NCBI GenBank assembly: GCA_035573835.1
Contig: DATLZT010000207.1
Location: 1 to 35,540, forward strand
DNA from: Gemmatimonadales bacterium
GTDB taxonomy: Bacteria > Gemmatimonadota > Gemmatimonadetes > Gemmatimonadales > GWC2-71-9
Length of the DNA stretch: 35,540 nt
Direction: 5' to 3'
Shown here: in pieces, positions 1 to 9,674 of the stretch
Position numbering within the stretch: position 1 is the first letter of the stretch
How the letters are laid out: each line of letters begins with the position of its first letter
The notes under the pieces: generated by a model
Seen by the model: the letters and a program-made list of their open reading frames with translations, nothing else
Database searches by the model: none
Told to the model about the DNA's origin: nothing
Program-made: the position numbers and the translations under genes

Positions 1-407
1 GCGAACTCCTCCGCCTGCCGCTCCGCCTCCACCGCCTGCGCCTCCAGGCTGGCGACGCCGTCGGCCAGCCGGAACCACTCGCTCTCCTCCTTGGCGAGCA
101 CCGAACGGGCCAGGTCGAGCTCCGCCATGAGGGCCGCAGCCTCCTTGGCATTGCGGGTGTGGTCGAGGCGCTGCCGGCGGCGCTCCTGGATGGTGCGGTA
201 GCTCTGGATCTTCGCCTCGAGCTCGTCGCGCCGACGGGCGGCGTCCTGGGCCGCCCGGCGGGCGGCGGCGGCCGACTCCCGCGCCCGGGCGAGCGCCTGG
301 TCCAGCGCCGCGAGCTCCCGGTCGAGCGCCTCGAGCCGGCCGTCCACCTCCATCAGCGCCAGATCCTTCGATTGCAGCTCCAGCAACGCCGCCAAGTCAG
401 GGTGCAT
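1..407 (-). CDS. Coiled-coil protein, N-terminal part only (candidate COG1579/DUF164 zinc-ribbon family); 3' end lies outside the window
   Basis: Absent from the ORF track because there is no stop in the window. ATG at 407-405 is preceded by GGAG (416-413) with a 5-nt spacer. My translation is MHPDLAALLELQSKDLALMEVDGRLEALDRELAALDQALARARESAAAARRAAQDAARRRDELEAKIQSYRTIQERRRQRLD..., with G/C-rich third positions and no stops down to position 3. The LxLQxxD start plus long heptad-like region resembles COG1579. The zinc ribbon itself would lie beyond the window. Confidence 0.6.
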   Translation of the reverse strand, partial: MHPDLAALLELQSKDLALMEVDGRLEALDRELAALDQALARARESAAAARRAAQDAARRRDELEAKIQSYRTIQERRRQRLDHTRNAKEAAALMAELDLARSVLAKEESEWFRLADGVASLEAQAVEAERQAEEF

Positions 408-447
408 GCCCGCTCCTCTCTGAGTCGACCAAAGATAATCCGGGGGC

Positions 448-2295
448 TCAACCCCTCCCGGTCCGTCCCGGCGTCCGACCCCGTTTCAGCCAATGGAAAC
501 GCTCCGCGACCCGGGGATAGCGGGATTCCACCTCCCGCCGGGTCTCGAGCTGCTGCCGGAAAAGCGCGTCCTGCTCCGCCCCGTCGCTCGCGAGGCGGAG
601 CCGGTCCCGCAGCTCGATCCAGCGACGGAGCAATGGCCGCGCCTCGAGCGCCTGACGGGCTCCCTCGTAGATCGGGACCACGTCCTGCCCCGCGAGCGCC
701 CGCGCGTCGGCCACCAGCTTCGACCAGACGAGCTGGGTCTCCGGCGCAAGCCGGCCGATCACCGCGGTGGGATCGAGCGGGGACCCGACGCCCACCATGG
801 CGTCGAAGATCTCGCGGAGCGCCTTTCCCTCGATCCACTCGCCGGGCAGGTCCTTGCCCGCCCGCGCGAGGAGCTCCGGCGCGACGACCAAGGCCCGGAG
901 GAGTTCCCACTCGTCCTTGGCGCCGAGCCGGCGGGGGGCGGCGGGAGCGGGCGGTACGTGGGACGGGATCGGGGCACGACCGGGCGGGCGGCCCGCGCCG
1001 GCGTCCACGTCGGCCGCGCGCTCGCCCGCCTCTCCCACCTCCTCCTCCAGGACCCGACGGCTCACCCCCGAGCGCTCGGCCACCCGGGTGATGTAGAGCT
1101 CGCGGGTGATCGGGTCCCGCGCGGCGCGGATGGTGGGGAGCAGCCGATCCAACGCGTCGCGGCGGTGCTCGAGCCCGTCGAACCACCCCTTCCGCTCGAG
1201 GAGCTGGATCTTCCGCTCGATCACGTCCACCGCGTCGTGCAGCACCGCCTCGACGGCGTCCCGCCCGCCGGCGCGGGCCAGGGTGTCGGGGTCCTCCCCC
1301 GGCGGCATGGTCGCCACCCGTACCCTGACCTCGTGGCGGAGGAGCTCGTCGGCGGCGCGGAAGGTGGCGCGGAGCCCGGCCTGGTCGCTGTCGTACAGGA
1401 TGATCGCCTGGGTGGCGTACCGGCGGAGGAGCGCCGCCTGGTCGGGGGTGAGCGCGGTGCCGAGCGGGGCCACGACGTGCTCCACGCCGGCGAGCACCAG
1501 GCGGATCACGTCGAAGTAACCCTCGACGAGGATTGCCGTCTGCTCCTTGCGGATGGCGTTGCGCGCCTGGTGCAGGTTGTAGAGCAGGCGTCCCTTCTGG
1601 AAGATCGGCGTCTCGGGGGAGTTGAGGTACTTCGGCTCGCCCGGGCCGAGGATCCGTCCGCCGAAGCCCACCACCCGGCCCCGGAGATCGTGGATCGGGA
1701 TCAGGAGCCGGCCGCGGAAACGGGGGGCCACGCTCCCGTCCTCCCGCCGGATCACCAGCCCCGCCTCGAGCAGCGTCCCGGCGTCAATGCCGAGGCGCGT
1801 CATCTCGTCGAGGAAGGCGGGGCCGCGCGGCGCGAAGCCGAAGCCGAGCGGGGCCGCGGTCTCGCGGTCGATCCCCCGCCCCGCGAGATACTCCCGCGCC
1901 GCCGAGGCCGCGGGCGACTCGACCAGCTGGCGGACGAACCAGTCGTGCGCCGCGGCCACCGCGCCGAAGAGCGGCTCGCGGGGATCCGGGCCCGCGCGGC
2001 TCGGCTGCTCCGGGATGGTGATCCCCGACCGGCGCGCCACCTCGCGCACCGCGGTGGGATAGTCCATCCCGAACCGCTTCATGAAATACGTGAAGACGTC
2101 GCCCGCCGCGTGGCAGACGTAGCAATAGTACATCCCCTTCTTGGGGATCACGGCGAAATTGCGGTGGGTACCGCCGTGGAACGGACAGGGGCCGCGGTAG
2201 TCGGCCCCGGTCCGTTTGAGGTCGACCGACTCCCCCACGAGCGCCACCAGGTCCGCCCCGTCGCGGACCTGCTCGATGACCTCGTCGGGGATCAT
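448..2295 (-). CDS. dnaG: DNA primase DnaG
   Basis: Internal ATG at 2295 (MIPDEVIEQV) of track ORF 448..3921. CHC2 zinc finger CPFHGGTHRNFAVIPKKGMYYCYVCHAAGD. TOPRIM region AILVEGYFDVIRL...ILYDSDQAG. 615 aa is the normal DnaG size. The part of the track ORF upstream of 2295 is another frame lying over mutS2. Confidence 0.95.
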   Translation of the reverse strand: MIPDEVIEQVRDGADLVALVGESVDLKRTGADYRGPCPFHGGTHRNFAVIPKKGMYYCYVCHAAGDVFTYFMKRFGMDYPTAVREVARRSGITIPEQPSRAGPDPREPLFGAVAAAHDWFVRQLVESPAASAAREYLAGRGIDRETAAPLGFGFAPRGPAFLDEMTRLGIDAGTLLEAGLVIRREDGSVAPRFRGRLLIPIHDLRGRVVGFGGRILGPGEPKYLNSPETPIFQKGRLLYNLHQARNAIRKEQTAILVEGYFDVIRLVLAGVEHVVAPLGTALTPDQAALLRRYATQAIILYDSDQAGLRATFRAADELLRHEVRVRVATMPPGEDPDTLARAGGRDAVEAVLHDAVDVIERKIQLLERKGWFDGLEHRRDALDRLLPTIRAARDPITRELYITRVAERSGVSRRVLEEEVGEAGERAADVDAGAGRPPGRAPIPSHVPPAPAAPRRLGAKDEWELLRALVVAPELLARAGKDLPGEWIEGKALREIFDAMVGVGSPLDPTAVIGRLAPETQLVWSKLVADARALAGQDVVPIYEGARQALEARPLLRRWIELRDRLRLASDGAEQDALFRQQLETRREVESRYPRVAERFHWLKRGRTPGRTGRG

Positions 2296-2297
2296 GC

Positions 2298-4787
2298 TCA
2301 CCGGGCCAGCTCGACGATGGTGACGCCGGTGCCCCCCTCGCGCGGCGGGGCGAAGTCGCTCTTGCGCACCCGGCGGTCGCTCTTGACCACGCGCTGCACC
2401 CGGTCGCGCAGCGCGCCGGTCCCCTTGCCGTGGATGATCCGGATGAACGGTTGCTCGGCCACGTAGGCGGCGTCCACCGCGGCCAGCGTCGCCGCCTCGG
2501 CCTCGTCGCCGGTCATCCCGCGGAGATCGATCTCCATCACCGCCTCCGGCGCCGCCACGGCGGACGGCCCCGGCGCGCTCGGCTGGCTCGACGCCGCCCC
2601 GCGCCCGCCACTCCCTCCCCGGGGCAGGAGCGATACGCCGCCCCGCTCCACCACCAGCCGCATCGAGCCCACCAGCACCGCGAGCCGACCGTCGGCCCGG
2701 ACCTCGACCACCTGGCCCGTGGTGCCGGTGGGCAGCCGCACCCGATCGCCCACCCCGACCTCCCCGGCGCCGTCGCCCCGCCGCAGCTCGCGGGCGCTCC
2801 GCTCCGCCTCCTCCAGCCGCTCCCGTTCGGCCCGGATCCCCTCCTCCACCAGGCGGCGCGCCTCGCGGAACGCCGCCTCGTCCGCCGCGACGCGCACCCG
2901 CTCGATCGCCTCTTCCACCCGCTGCCGCGCCTCGAGGAGATAGCTCTTGGCCTGCTGGCGGGCCTCGCGCTCGGCGGCCCGTTCGCGCCGGCGGAGCTCG
3001 GCCTCGCGCGCCTCCTGCTCCGCCGCCTGGCGGGCCAGCTTGGCGCCGAGGCTCTCGAGCTCGAGCGCACGATCGGCGAGCGCGGCCTGCCGCGCCGCCT
3101 GCTCCCGCTCGCGCCGCTCCACCGCGGCGAGGACGGCGTCGAGGTGCCGCTCCGCCTGCGGCACTTCCGCCTCCGCCTCGGCCAGCACCTCCGGCGGCAC
3201 GCCGAGCCCCCGGGCGATCGCGAGGCCGTAGGAGCGCCCGGGGACGCCCTTGAGGAATCGGTAGGTCGGCTGGAGCGTCTCGGCGTCGAACTGGAGCGAC
3301 GCATTGACGATGCCCGGCGAGCGGCCGGGGAGCGTCTTGAGCGCGCCGAGATGGGTGGTGGCGAGGGTGACCGCGCCGCGCCGGGTGAGCGCCAGGAGAC
3401 TCGCCGCGGCGAGCGCCGCTCCCTCGGCGGGATCGGTCCCGCTCCCCACCTCGTCCAGGAGCACGAGCGTGGCGTCGTCCGCCTCCCGCAATACCCGGCC
3501 CAGGAGCCGGACGTGGGCGCTGAACGTCGAGAGGCTCGCGGCGATCGATTGATGATCCCCGATATCCACGACGAACCGGCGGAACCGGGGGAGCTCGCTC
3601 CCGGGCCCCACCGGCGGCACGATGCCGCTCTGGGCCAGCGCCGCGGCCAGCCCCACCGCCTTGAGGAGCACGGTCTTGCCACCGGTGTTGGGGCCGCTGA
3701 TCACCACCGTGCGCTCGCCGGGGCCGAGCTCCAGGTCGAACGGCACCACCCGGCCGCCGGCCGCGAGGAGCAGCGGATGCCGACCGTTCCGGATCACGAG
3801 CGGCGCCGGCGGCTCCCGCACCACCGGGGCGTGCCCGTCGCTCCGGAGGGCATATTTCGCGCGCGCCACGAGGTCGTCCACCGCGACGACCATCTCGTGC
3901 GCCTCGGCGAGGACGGCCCACTCGGGGCGGAGGCGCTCGGTCAGCTCCCGCAGCACCCGGAGGGTCTCGTGCTCTTCCTCGGCCTCCGCCGCCCGCAGCG
4001 CGTTCCCGAGCTCGATCGCCTCCGCCGGCTCGACGAACAGGGTGCCGCGGCTCCCCGACTCGCCGTGGACGATGCCCTCGGGGCGGCTCCGGTCGTCCCG
4101 CCGCACCGGGATGACGTAGCGTCCGTTGCGCACCGTCACGTTCCCCTCGCCCGACGACTCGAGTCGGCGGAGGATCGCCTCCAGCTTCTGGATCAGGCGG
4201 GCACGGGCGGCCTGCACCTCGCGCCGCGCCGCCGCGAGCGCAGGGCTGGCGCCGTCGAGCAGCCGCCCGTCCCGGTCCAGCGCCTGCTCCAGCCTGGTCT
4301 CGAGCGCACGATCGGGCACGGGACGGAGGAGCGCCGCCGAGCGGGGGGCGTCCGCCGCCACCCGTCGGAGGAGGCCGGCGGTGAGCCGGGCGGCGGCGAG
4401 CAGCTGGCGGAGCGCCACGAGCTCCGGGCCGTCGAGCACGCTCCCGTCCACCCGGAGACGAGCGAGGATGCGGGAGACCTCCGGCACCGGCTCACCCGAG
4501 ATCTCCCCGTCCCGCTCCAGGAGCCGGCGCATCTCGGTCACCCGGGCCAGCTCCTCCTCGATCCAGGCGAGGTCGGTCCCGGGCCGGCGCGAGCGGACCC
4601 GGGCGGCGCCGAGCGGCCCCGCGGCGAACGCCGCCACCTGCTCCAGGGCCGCGGGGAGCTCCAGTGTCTCGAGCGCCTCGGCGTCGAGCGCGTCGACCGT
4701 CGCCTCGGCCGCCAAACGAGACGGGGTGCCTTCGCCCATGGGCCCAGGCACCCCGTCACGCGAGCGATGATCCATCTCGACCGTCAT
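2298..4787 (-). CDS. mutS2: Endonuclease MutS2 (MutS domain V ATPase plus C-terminal Smr domain)
   Basis: Walker A GPNTGGKT, STFSAH signature, and a long Glu/Arg/Ala coiled coil. The C-terminal Smr domain reads EIDLRGMTGDEA...IRIIHGKGTGALR. The ATG at 4787 overlaps the yqeY-like stop (ATGA). In-frame alternative starts exist at Met5 and Met17. Confidence 0.93.
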   Translation of the reverse strand: MTVEMDHRSRDGVPGPMGEGTPSRLAAEATVDALDAEALETLELPAALEQVAAFAAGPLGAARVRSRRPGTDLAWIEEELARVTEMRRLLERDGEISGEPVPEVSRILARLRVDGSVLDGPELVALRQLLAAARLTAGLLRRVAADAPRSAALLRPVPDRALETRLEQALDRDGRLLDGASPALAAARREVQAARARLIQKLEAILRRLESSGEGNVTVRNGRYVIPVRRDDRSRPEGIVHGESGSRGTLFVEPAEAIELGNALRAAEAEEEHETLRVLRELTERLRPEWAVLAEAHEMVVAVDDLVARAKYALRSDGHAPVVREPPAPLVIRNGRHPLLLAAGGRVVPFDLELGPGERTVVISGPNTGGKTVLLKAVGLAAALAQSGIVPPVGPGSELPRFRRFVVDIGDHQSIAASLSTFSAHVRLLGRVLREADDATLVLLDEVGSGTDPAEGAALAAASLLALTRRGAVTLATTHLGALKTLPGRSPGIVNASLQFDAETLQPTYRFLKGVPGRSYGLAIARGLGVPPEVLAEAEAEVPQAERHLDAVLAAVERREREQAARQAALADRALELESLGAKLARQAAEQEAREAELRRRERAAEREARQQAKSYLLEARQRVEEAIERVRVAADEAAFREARRLVEEGIRAERERLEEAERSARELRRGDGAGEVGVGDRVRLPTGTTGQVVEVRADGRLAVLVGSMRLVVERGGVSLLPRGGSGGRGAASSQPSAPGPSAVAAPEAVMEIDLRGMTGDEAEAATLAAVDAAYVAEQPFIRIIHGKGTGALRDRVQRVVKSDRRVRKSDFAPPREGGTGVTIVELAR

Positions 4788-5233
4788 CCAACCTGCAGCT
4801 CTTCGCGCGCGATCTGGTTGATCAGCTTGCCGTCCGCGCGCCCCTTGAAGCGGGGCATGACCTGGCCCATCACGCGCCCCAGGTCCGTCGCTCCCGCGGC
4901 GATCGCCTCGCGGACCGCGGCTCGGATCTCGGCCGGGTCCGCCGCCGGCGGGAGGAACTCCTCGAGCATCCGGATCTCGGCGGCTTCCTTCTCCGCCAGG
5001 TCCTCCCGGGCGGCGGCGCGGTACTGCTCGACCGATTCCCGCCGGGTCTTGATCCCCTTCCGGAGGACCTCGACCACCTCCTCGTCGGTGGGCGGCCGCC
5101 GGAGCTCGATCTCGCGGTTCTTGACGGCGGCCAGGATGGTGCCGAGGAGCAGGGCCCGCGGCTTGTCCTGGGCCTTGCGGGCCGCGTTGAGCCGCTCCTG
5201 CAGCGTCAGGGCGAGCTCAGACCGATCCGACAC
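4784..5233 (-). CDS. GatB/YqeY domain-containing protein
   Basis: 149 aa. ...[14 protein letters not shown]...[14 protein letters not shown]...[21 protein letters not shown]...[28 protein letters not shown] matches the YqeY/GatB C-terminal domain family. The start codon is GTG at 5233 and overlaps the rpsU 3' end by 17 nt. Confidence 0.85.
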   Translation of the reverse strand: MSDRSELALTLQERLNAARKAQDKPRALLLGTILAAVKNREIELRRPPTDEEVVEVLRKGIKTRRESVEQYRAAAREDLAEKEAAEIRMLEEFLPPAADPAEIRAAVREAIAAGATDLGRVMGQVMPRFKGRADGKLINQIAREELQVG

Positions 5234-5414
5234 GGGGAGCCCGGCGGTTCTTGCGGAGCGCGGCGTTCATCTTCCGCTTCCGCTTCTCGCTCGGCTTCTC
5301 GTAATGCCGGTGCTTCCGCAGGTCCGAGAGGATGCCCGCCTTCTCGCACTTCTTCTTGAAGCGCTTGAGCGCCCGCTCGAAGCTCTCGTCGTCGTGGATG
5401 ATCACTTCCGACAT
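5217..5414 (-). CDS. rpsU: 30S ribosomal protein S21
   Basis: Internal ATG at 5414 ([58 protein letters not shown]...), 65 aa. This is typical S21 sequence and size. The 29 extra N-terminal residues in the track ORF are not S21-like. Confidence 0.95.
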   Translation of the reverse strand: MSEVIIHDDESFERALKRFKKKCEKAGILSDLRKHRHYEKPSEKRKRKMNAALRKNRRAPRVGSV

Positions 5415-5507
5415 GCTCGGTCTATCACCCCTCTCTGGCCTGCTCCCGCAGGCGGTAAGACGTTGAAGACGTGGAAGATAGAGCCGCCCCGGGGAGAACA
5501 CAAGACG

Positions 5508-5525
5508 GCCGGCGCCGCGGCCGGC
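5508..5525 (-). terminator. Weak candidate intrinsic terminator downstream of the HIT gene
   Basis: GCCGGC/GCCGGC 6-bp G+C stem with a 6-nt loop. On the minus strand it is followed by CGTCTTGTGTTCTCC, the most T-rich stretch locally. It sits 27 nt after the HIT stop. Confidence 0.25.
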
Positions 5526-5551
5526 TCGGCCCCGCGGCTCGGCCCGGCGGC

Positions 5552-5899
5552 TCAGCCCGGCGGCCAGCTCATCTGCCGGCCGCCGATCAGGTGCACGTGC
5601 AGGTGGAAGACCGATTGCTGGGCCTGGGGCCCGGTGTTGGCCACGAGGCGGTAGCCGTTCCCGTCGAGCCCCAGCTCCGCCGCCACCTCCGCCGCGAATT
5701 GGAAGAGACGCCCCAGGAGCCGCTCCCCCTCGGGGCCCCGGGCGTCCCGTACCGCCGCCACGTGCGCGGTGGGAATCACCAGCAGGTGCACCGGCGCCTG
5801 GGGATTGATGTCGTGGAACGCCACCGCGTCGGGCGAGCGCTTGACGATCTTCGCCGGGATCTCCCCCGCCACGATCTTGCAGAACAGGCAGTCAGCCAT
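5552..5899 (-). CDS. HIT family (histidine triad) nucleotide-binding protein
   Basis: [19 protein letters not shown]... N-terminus and the histidine triad HLHVHLIGG. 115 aa. ATG at 5899. Confidence 0.92.
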   Translation of the reverse strand: MADCLFCKIVAGEIPAKIVKRSPDAVAFHDINPQAPVHLLVIPTAHVAAVRDARGPEGERLLGRLFQFAAEVAAELGLDGNGYRLVANTGPQAQQSVFHLHVHLIGGRQMSWPPG

Positions 5900-6665
5900 G
5901 GACTCCTCGTGTGCCCGCCACCGCGCGCGCCCCAGGGTGCGCCTGCGCCGACGTCCGTGCCCGGGCCCGCATCCGCGCAGCGATCGCCGCCGCCCCGGCC
6001 AGCACCGCCGCGGTCTCGAACCTCAGGATGTGCGGTCCCAGGCTCACCGGCAAGTACCCCACCTCGAGCAGGCAGCGCCGCTCCTCGCCGCTCAGTCCGC
6101 CCTCGGGCCCCACCACGGCGATGAGCGGCTGGTCGTCCAGCGCCTCCGGGGGCGGCGTGCCGTCGGGCTCGGCCAGCCACCGCACCGCCGCCGGGAACCT
6201 GCCGGGGAGCTCGGCGATGGTGTGCGACCGGTGCACCAGCGGCGCCCACGCCGCCCCCGACTGCTTGATCGCCTCCAGCGCGCGCCGGGCGAGCCGGGGA
6301 ATGTCGGCCTCCCGCACCCGGGATGCCACGCTCCGGGTGCGCTCCGTCTCGAGCGGCAGCAGGTCGGTGACGCCCAGCTCGGCCGCCTTCTCCGCCAGCC
6401 AGTAGAACCGCTCGCGATCCCCCGCCCCCACCGCCAGGACGAGGGGGGGCGGCGCCGGGACCGCCTCGATCCGGGCGAGCTCGACCGCCGCCACCTTGCG
6501 GACCAGCGAGAGGCGTCCGAACCCGACCGTCCCTCGTCCGTTGAGCAGCCGGACGGTCTCGCCGTCCATCGCGCGCCGCACCCGGAGATGATGGGCTTCG
6601 GCGTCATCGAGCTGGAGGGTAGCGCCGGGCGGGGGAAGCTCTCCCACCACCAGGGCGGTCAACAC
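5892..6665 (-). CDS. rsmE: 16S rRNA (uracil1498-N3)-methyltransferase RsmE
   Basis: PUA-like N-terminus ...LDDAEAHHLRVRR...VRLLNGRG. SPOUT knot IAVVGPEGGLSGEE...LGPHILRFETAA. The start is uncertain: GTG 6665 (7-nt overlap with prmA) is preferred over GTG 6701 or TTG 6662. The 3' end overlaps the HIT start by 8 nt. Confidence 0.85.
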   Translation of the reverse strand: MLTALVVGELPPPGATLQLDDAEAHHLRVRRAMDGETVRLLNGRGTVGFGRLSLVRKVAAVELARIEAVPAPPPLVLAVGAGDRERFYWLAEKAAELGVTDLLPLETERTRSVASRVREADIPRLARRALEAIKQSGAAWAPLVHRSHTIAELPGRFPAAVRWLAEPDGTPPPEALDDQPLIAVVGPEGGLSGEERRCLLEVGYLPVSLGPHILRFETAAVLAGAAAIAARMRARARTSAQAHPGARAVAGTRGVHG

Positions 6666-7507
6666 CGCTCGGCCCCCGCCCGGCGGGCGGCCACACCCCA
6701 CCAGCCGGCGTCCACCGCCTCCTCCACCGCCTCGAACCCCGCGGCGGCGAGCGGCCCGCGGAACTCGGCCGCCTCGGCTTCCTCCATCCCGGCGAAAATG
6801 GCGATGCCGCCCGGGCGCAGCGAGGCCAGGATGGCCGGGAGGAGCGCCACGTTCACGGTACGAAGGATATTGGAGAGCACGAGGTCGGCCGGCCCGAGGA
6901 GCGGCGCGAGATCGGCGGCGTCCCCAGCGAGGAAACGAGCCCGGTCCGCGACCCCGTTCCGCTCGGCGTTCCGGGCGGCCACGTCGTTGGCCTCGGCATC
7001 GGTCTCGATGCCGACCGCACGGGAGGCGCCGAGGCGGACGGCGGCGATGGCCAGGATCCCGCTACCGCTCCCCAAGTCGAGCACCCGGTCGCCCGGGGCC
7101 ACTAGCCGCTCGAGGAGCCGGAGCGCCACTCGGGTGGAGCCGTGCTCCCCGCTCCCGAACGCCGTTTCGGGATCCAGCACCACGACCGTCTCCTCCGGGC
7201 CCGGCGCGTAGGCGACCCAGGAGGGCGCCACGACCAACCGGCCGAGCCGCCGGGGGCCCAGCCCCTCGCGCCAGCGCGTGCTCCAGTCGGTCGGCTCGAG
7301 CGCGCGGCGGGTGATCTGGAGCCCCTCGCCGTGCTCCGCCCGCAGGCGGTCGATGAGCCGCTCGGCGCCGGCCTCCGTGTCCGCGAACGAAACGAGCGTC
7401 CCGTCGGGACGCTCCTCCACCGCGAGGCCGGTGGTCCGGACCAGCCAGGCGGCGAGGGCGTCGCGGCGGGCGGCCTCCCCCCGGACGTCGATGGCCCACC
7501 AGGTCAC
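6659..7507 (-). CDS. prmA: Ribosomal protein L11 methyltransferase PrmA
   Basis: [14 protein letters not shown] and SAM motif [15 protein letters not shown], then NAERNGV...ANIL-like SNIL. GTG start at 7507 forms a GTGA overlap with the dnaJ stop. Confidence 0.92.
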   Translation of the reverse strand: MTWWAIDVRGEAARRDALAAWLVRTTGLAVEERPDGTLVSFADTEAGAERLIDRLRAEHGEGLQITRRALEPTDWSTRWREGLGPRRLGRLVVAPSWVAYAPGPEETVVVLDPETAFGSGEHGSTRVALRLLERLVAPGDRVLDLGSGSGILAIAAVRLGASRAVGIETDAEANDVAARNAERNGVADRARFLAGDAADLAPLLGPADLVLSNILRTVNVALLPAILASLRPGGIAIFAGMEEAEAAEFRGPLAAAGFEAVEEAVDAGWWGVAARRAGAERC

Positions 7508-8628
7508 GCGCCCAACGCCTCCTTGAGCCGGGCCCAGAACCCGCGCTCGTGCTTGGGCGGCTCGCCTTCGAGCTTGGCGAGCTCGCGGAAGAGCCGTTCC
7601 TGTTCGGCGGTGAGCGACTCCGGGGTCCAGACGTGCATGCGGACGTGGAGGTCGCCCTTGCCCGTCTGGCCCAGGCGCGGGAGCCCGCGGCCGCGCAGCC
7701 GGAGCACGGTGCCGGTCTGGGTGCCGGGGGACACGGTGATCGTCTCCTCGCCGTACGGGGTGGGCACCGTGAGCGTGGCGCCGAGGGCCGCCTGGGAGAA
7801 GGAGATCGGGAGATCGTAGATGAGGTCGTCTCCCTGGCGAACGAAGCGGTCGTCCTCCTTGATCTCGAGCATCACGAGGAGGTCGCCGTAGGGGCCGTTG
7901 CGGGGGCCCGCCGCCCCCTGCCCCCGCAGGGTGAGATAGTTGTTGGACGACACCCCCGCCGGGACCTCGACCGAGACGGTGCGCTCCGCCCGGACCCGCC
8001 CCTCGCCCCGACAGACCTCGCAGGGCTGGAGGATGACCGCCCCCTCGCCGGCGCAGGTCGGACAGGGCGACACCGACACGAACTGCCCGAAGACGCTCCG
8101 GGCCGCGCGTCGCACCTCGCCCCGGCCGCCGCAGGTAGTGCAGGTGGACGGACGGCTGCCCGGCGCCGCCCCGCTCCCGCCGCAGTGGGTGCAGCGGTCG
8201 AGCGTCTTGAGCTTGACGGTGCGCTTGGCGCCGGTGGCCACCTCGTTGAGCGTGAGCTTCACCGTCACGCGGATGTCCTGCCCCCGGCGCGCCTCCGAAG
8301 GCCCCGGCCGCCCGCCGAACATCGACTCGAAGCCGAAGCCGCCGAAGTCGCGCATGAAGATGCTGAGCGCCTCGGCGAGGTCCACGTGGTGGAAGTCGAA
8401 TCCCGCGCCCCGCCCGACCCCCGCCTTGCCGTAGCGATCGTAGGCCGCTCGCTTCTGCGGATCCCGCAGGACCTCGTACGCCTCGGTGATTTCCTTGAAC
8501 TTCTCCTCGGCGCCCGGCTCCCGGTTCCGGTCGGGATGGTACTCCATCGCCAGCTTCCGGTAGGCCTTCTTGATGTCGGCCTCCGATGCGTCGCGAGGCA
8601 CCCCGAGCAGCTGGTAGTAGTCGTTCAC
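7504..8628 (-). CDS. dnaJ: Molecular chaperone DnaJ
   Basis: GTG start at 8628 ([10 protein letters not shown]...). J-domain HPD motif (YHPDRN) and a G/F-rich linker. Four CxxCxGxG repeats: [32 protein letters not shown]. 374 aa. The start overlaps the hrcA stop (GTGA). The track ORF extension to 9723 is an alternative frame over hrcA. Confidence 0.95.
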   Translation of the reverse strand: MNDYYQLLGVPRDASEADIKKAYRKLAMEYHPDRNREPGAEEKFKEITEAYEVLRDPQKRAAYDRYGKAGVGRGAGFDFHHVDLAEALSIFMRDFGGFGFESMFGGRPGPSEARRGQDIRVTVKLTLNEVATGAKRTVKLKTLDRCTHCGGSGAAPGSRPSTCTTCGGRGEVRRAARSVFGQFVSVSPCPTCAGEGAVILQPCEVCRGEGRVRAERTVSVEVPAGVSSNNYLTLRGQGAAGPRNGPYGDLLVMLEIKEDDRFVRQGDDLIYDLPISFSQAALGATLTVPTPYGEETITVSPGTQTGTVLRLRGRGLPRLGQTGKGDLHVRMHVWTPESLTAEQERLFRELAKLEGEPPKHERGFWARLKEALGA

Positions 8629-9665
8629 TGCAGCAGTCCTTCCACCAGGCGGCTGGTGTGCTGGACCAGCCCGATGATCTTGTCGTAGGGCATCCGGGTG
8701 GGCCCCATGACGCCGATGACGCCGCTCACGTCGCCGGCCCGGTAGGACGAGGTGACGAGCGTGAAGTCGCTCAGTTTGGGATCCAGGTTCTCGCCGCCGA
8801 TCGTGATCGTGAGCCCCTGGCGCCGGCGGGCGTGGAGCGCCTGGCGGAGGAAGTCCCGCCGCTCGGTGAGCTCCAGGAGATCCCGCATCCGGGTGTTGTT
8901 GGAGGCGAACTCCGGCTGCTCGGCCAGCAGCTGCGCGCTCCCCAGGACGACCGTCTCCCCCGCGTTCGGCAGGGCGAAGATCTCCTCCCCCTCGGCGATG
9001 AAGATGTGGAGCAGCTCGGTCGCCTCGGCATCGCCGGCGTCCCGCAGCCGCTCCCCGACGCTCTGGCGGATCTCGTCCAGGGTGAGCCCGGCGAGCCGCT
9101 CGTTCAGCACCGACGCCACCCGGTGCACCATGTCCTCGTTGGCCACCGTCGCCGGGATCTGCACGAAGATCGTGCGGACCACCCCGCTCCGGAGGTGGAA
9201 CACCAGCAGCAGCCGGTCGGAGGCGACCTGGATCAGGTCGAGCCGCTCCAGCACCAGCTCGCAGAAGGCCGGGGCCACCGCCACCCCCAGTTCCTGGGTC
9301 AGCACGCCCAACACCTGGGCCGCCCGCCGGAGGATCTCCTCCAACGCGTTGGCCGGCCCGCTCAATTCGGCCTGGAGCGCGTGCCGGGCCTGATCGCTGG
9401 GCGGCGAGAGCCGCATCAGGCTGTCGACATAGAGCCGGTACCCCCGGTCGGTCGGGATCCGCCCCGCCGAGGTATGGGGATGGTAGAGGTATCCCTTCTC
9501 CTCGAGGTCGCTCATGGTATTCCGGATCGTCGCCGCGGAGACGCCCAGGCCGAACCGCTTGGCGATGGTCTGGCTCCCGGCGGGCTCGGCGGTCTCGACG
9601 TACGTCTGGATGACCGCCTCCAGCACCCTGAGCTCGCGCTCGGTAAGATGTTCGTGCGCAGCCAT
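8625..9665 (-). CDS. hrcA: Heat-inducible transcriptional repressor HrcA
   Basis: [75 protein letters not shown] is the canonical HrcA winged-helix N-terminus. 346 aa. Confidence 0.95.
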   Translation of the reverse strand: MAAHEHLTERELRVLEAVIQTYVETAEPAGSQTIAKRFGLGVSAATIRNTMSDLEEKGYLYHPHTSAGRIPTDRGYRLYVDSLMRLSPPSDQARHALQAELSGPANALEEILRRAAQVLGVLTQELGVAVAPAFCELVLERLDLIQVASDRLLLVFHLRSGVVRTIFVQIPATVANEDMVHRVASVLNERLAGLTLDEIRQSVGERLRDAGDAEATELLHIFIAEGEEIFALPNAGETVVLGSAQLLAEQPEFASNNTRMRDLLELTERRDFLRQALHARRRQGLTITIGGENLDPKLSDFTLVTSSYRAGDVSGVIGVMGPTRMPYDKIIGLVQHTSRLVEGLLQ

Positions 9666-9674
9666 GACCGAAAT

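Noticed and set aside
2296-3921. N-terminal extension of the DnaG ORF in the track (448..3921). Analogous extensions exist for dnaJ (to 9723), dprA (to 13370), hldA (from 15291), and the GT4 genes (from 31203 and 32348).
   Set aside because: The extensions run in alternative frames across well-supported upstream genes and have artefact-like composition. Internal ATG/GTG starts give proteins of canonical length with canonical N-termini.
2430-5654. 1074-aa plus-strand ORF, with similar giants at 26650..29406 (-), 10191..12230 (+), 18089..20116 (-), 20461..22341 (+) and 159..1091 (+).
   Set aside because: Their products are Arg/Pro/Gly/Ala-rich and low in complexity. They lie antisense or out of frame to genes with clear family motifs. 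Stop-codon scarcity in very GC-rich DNA explains them.
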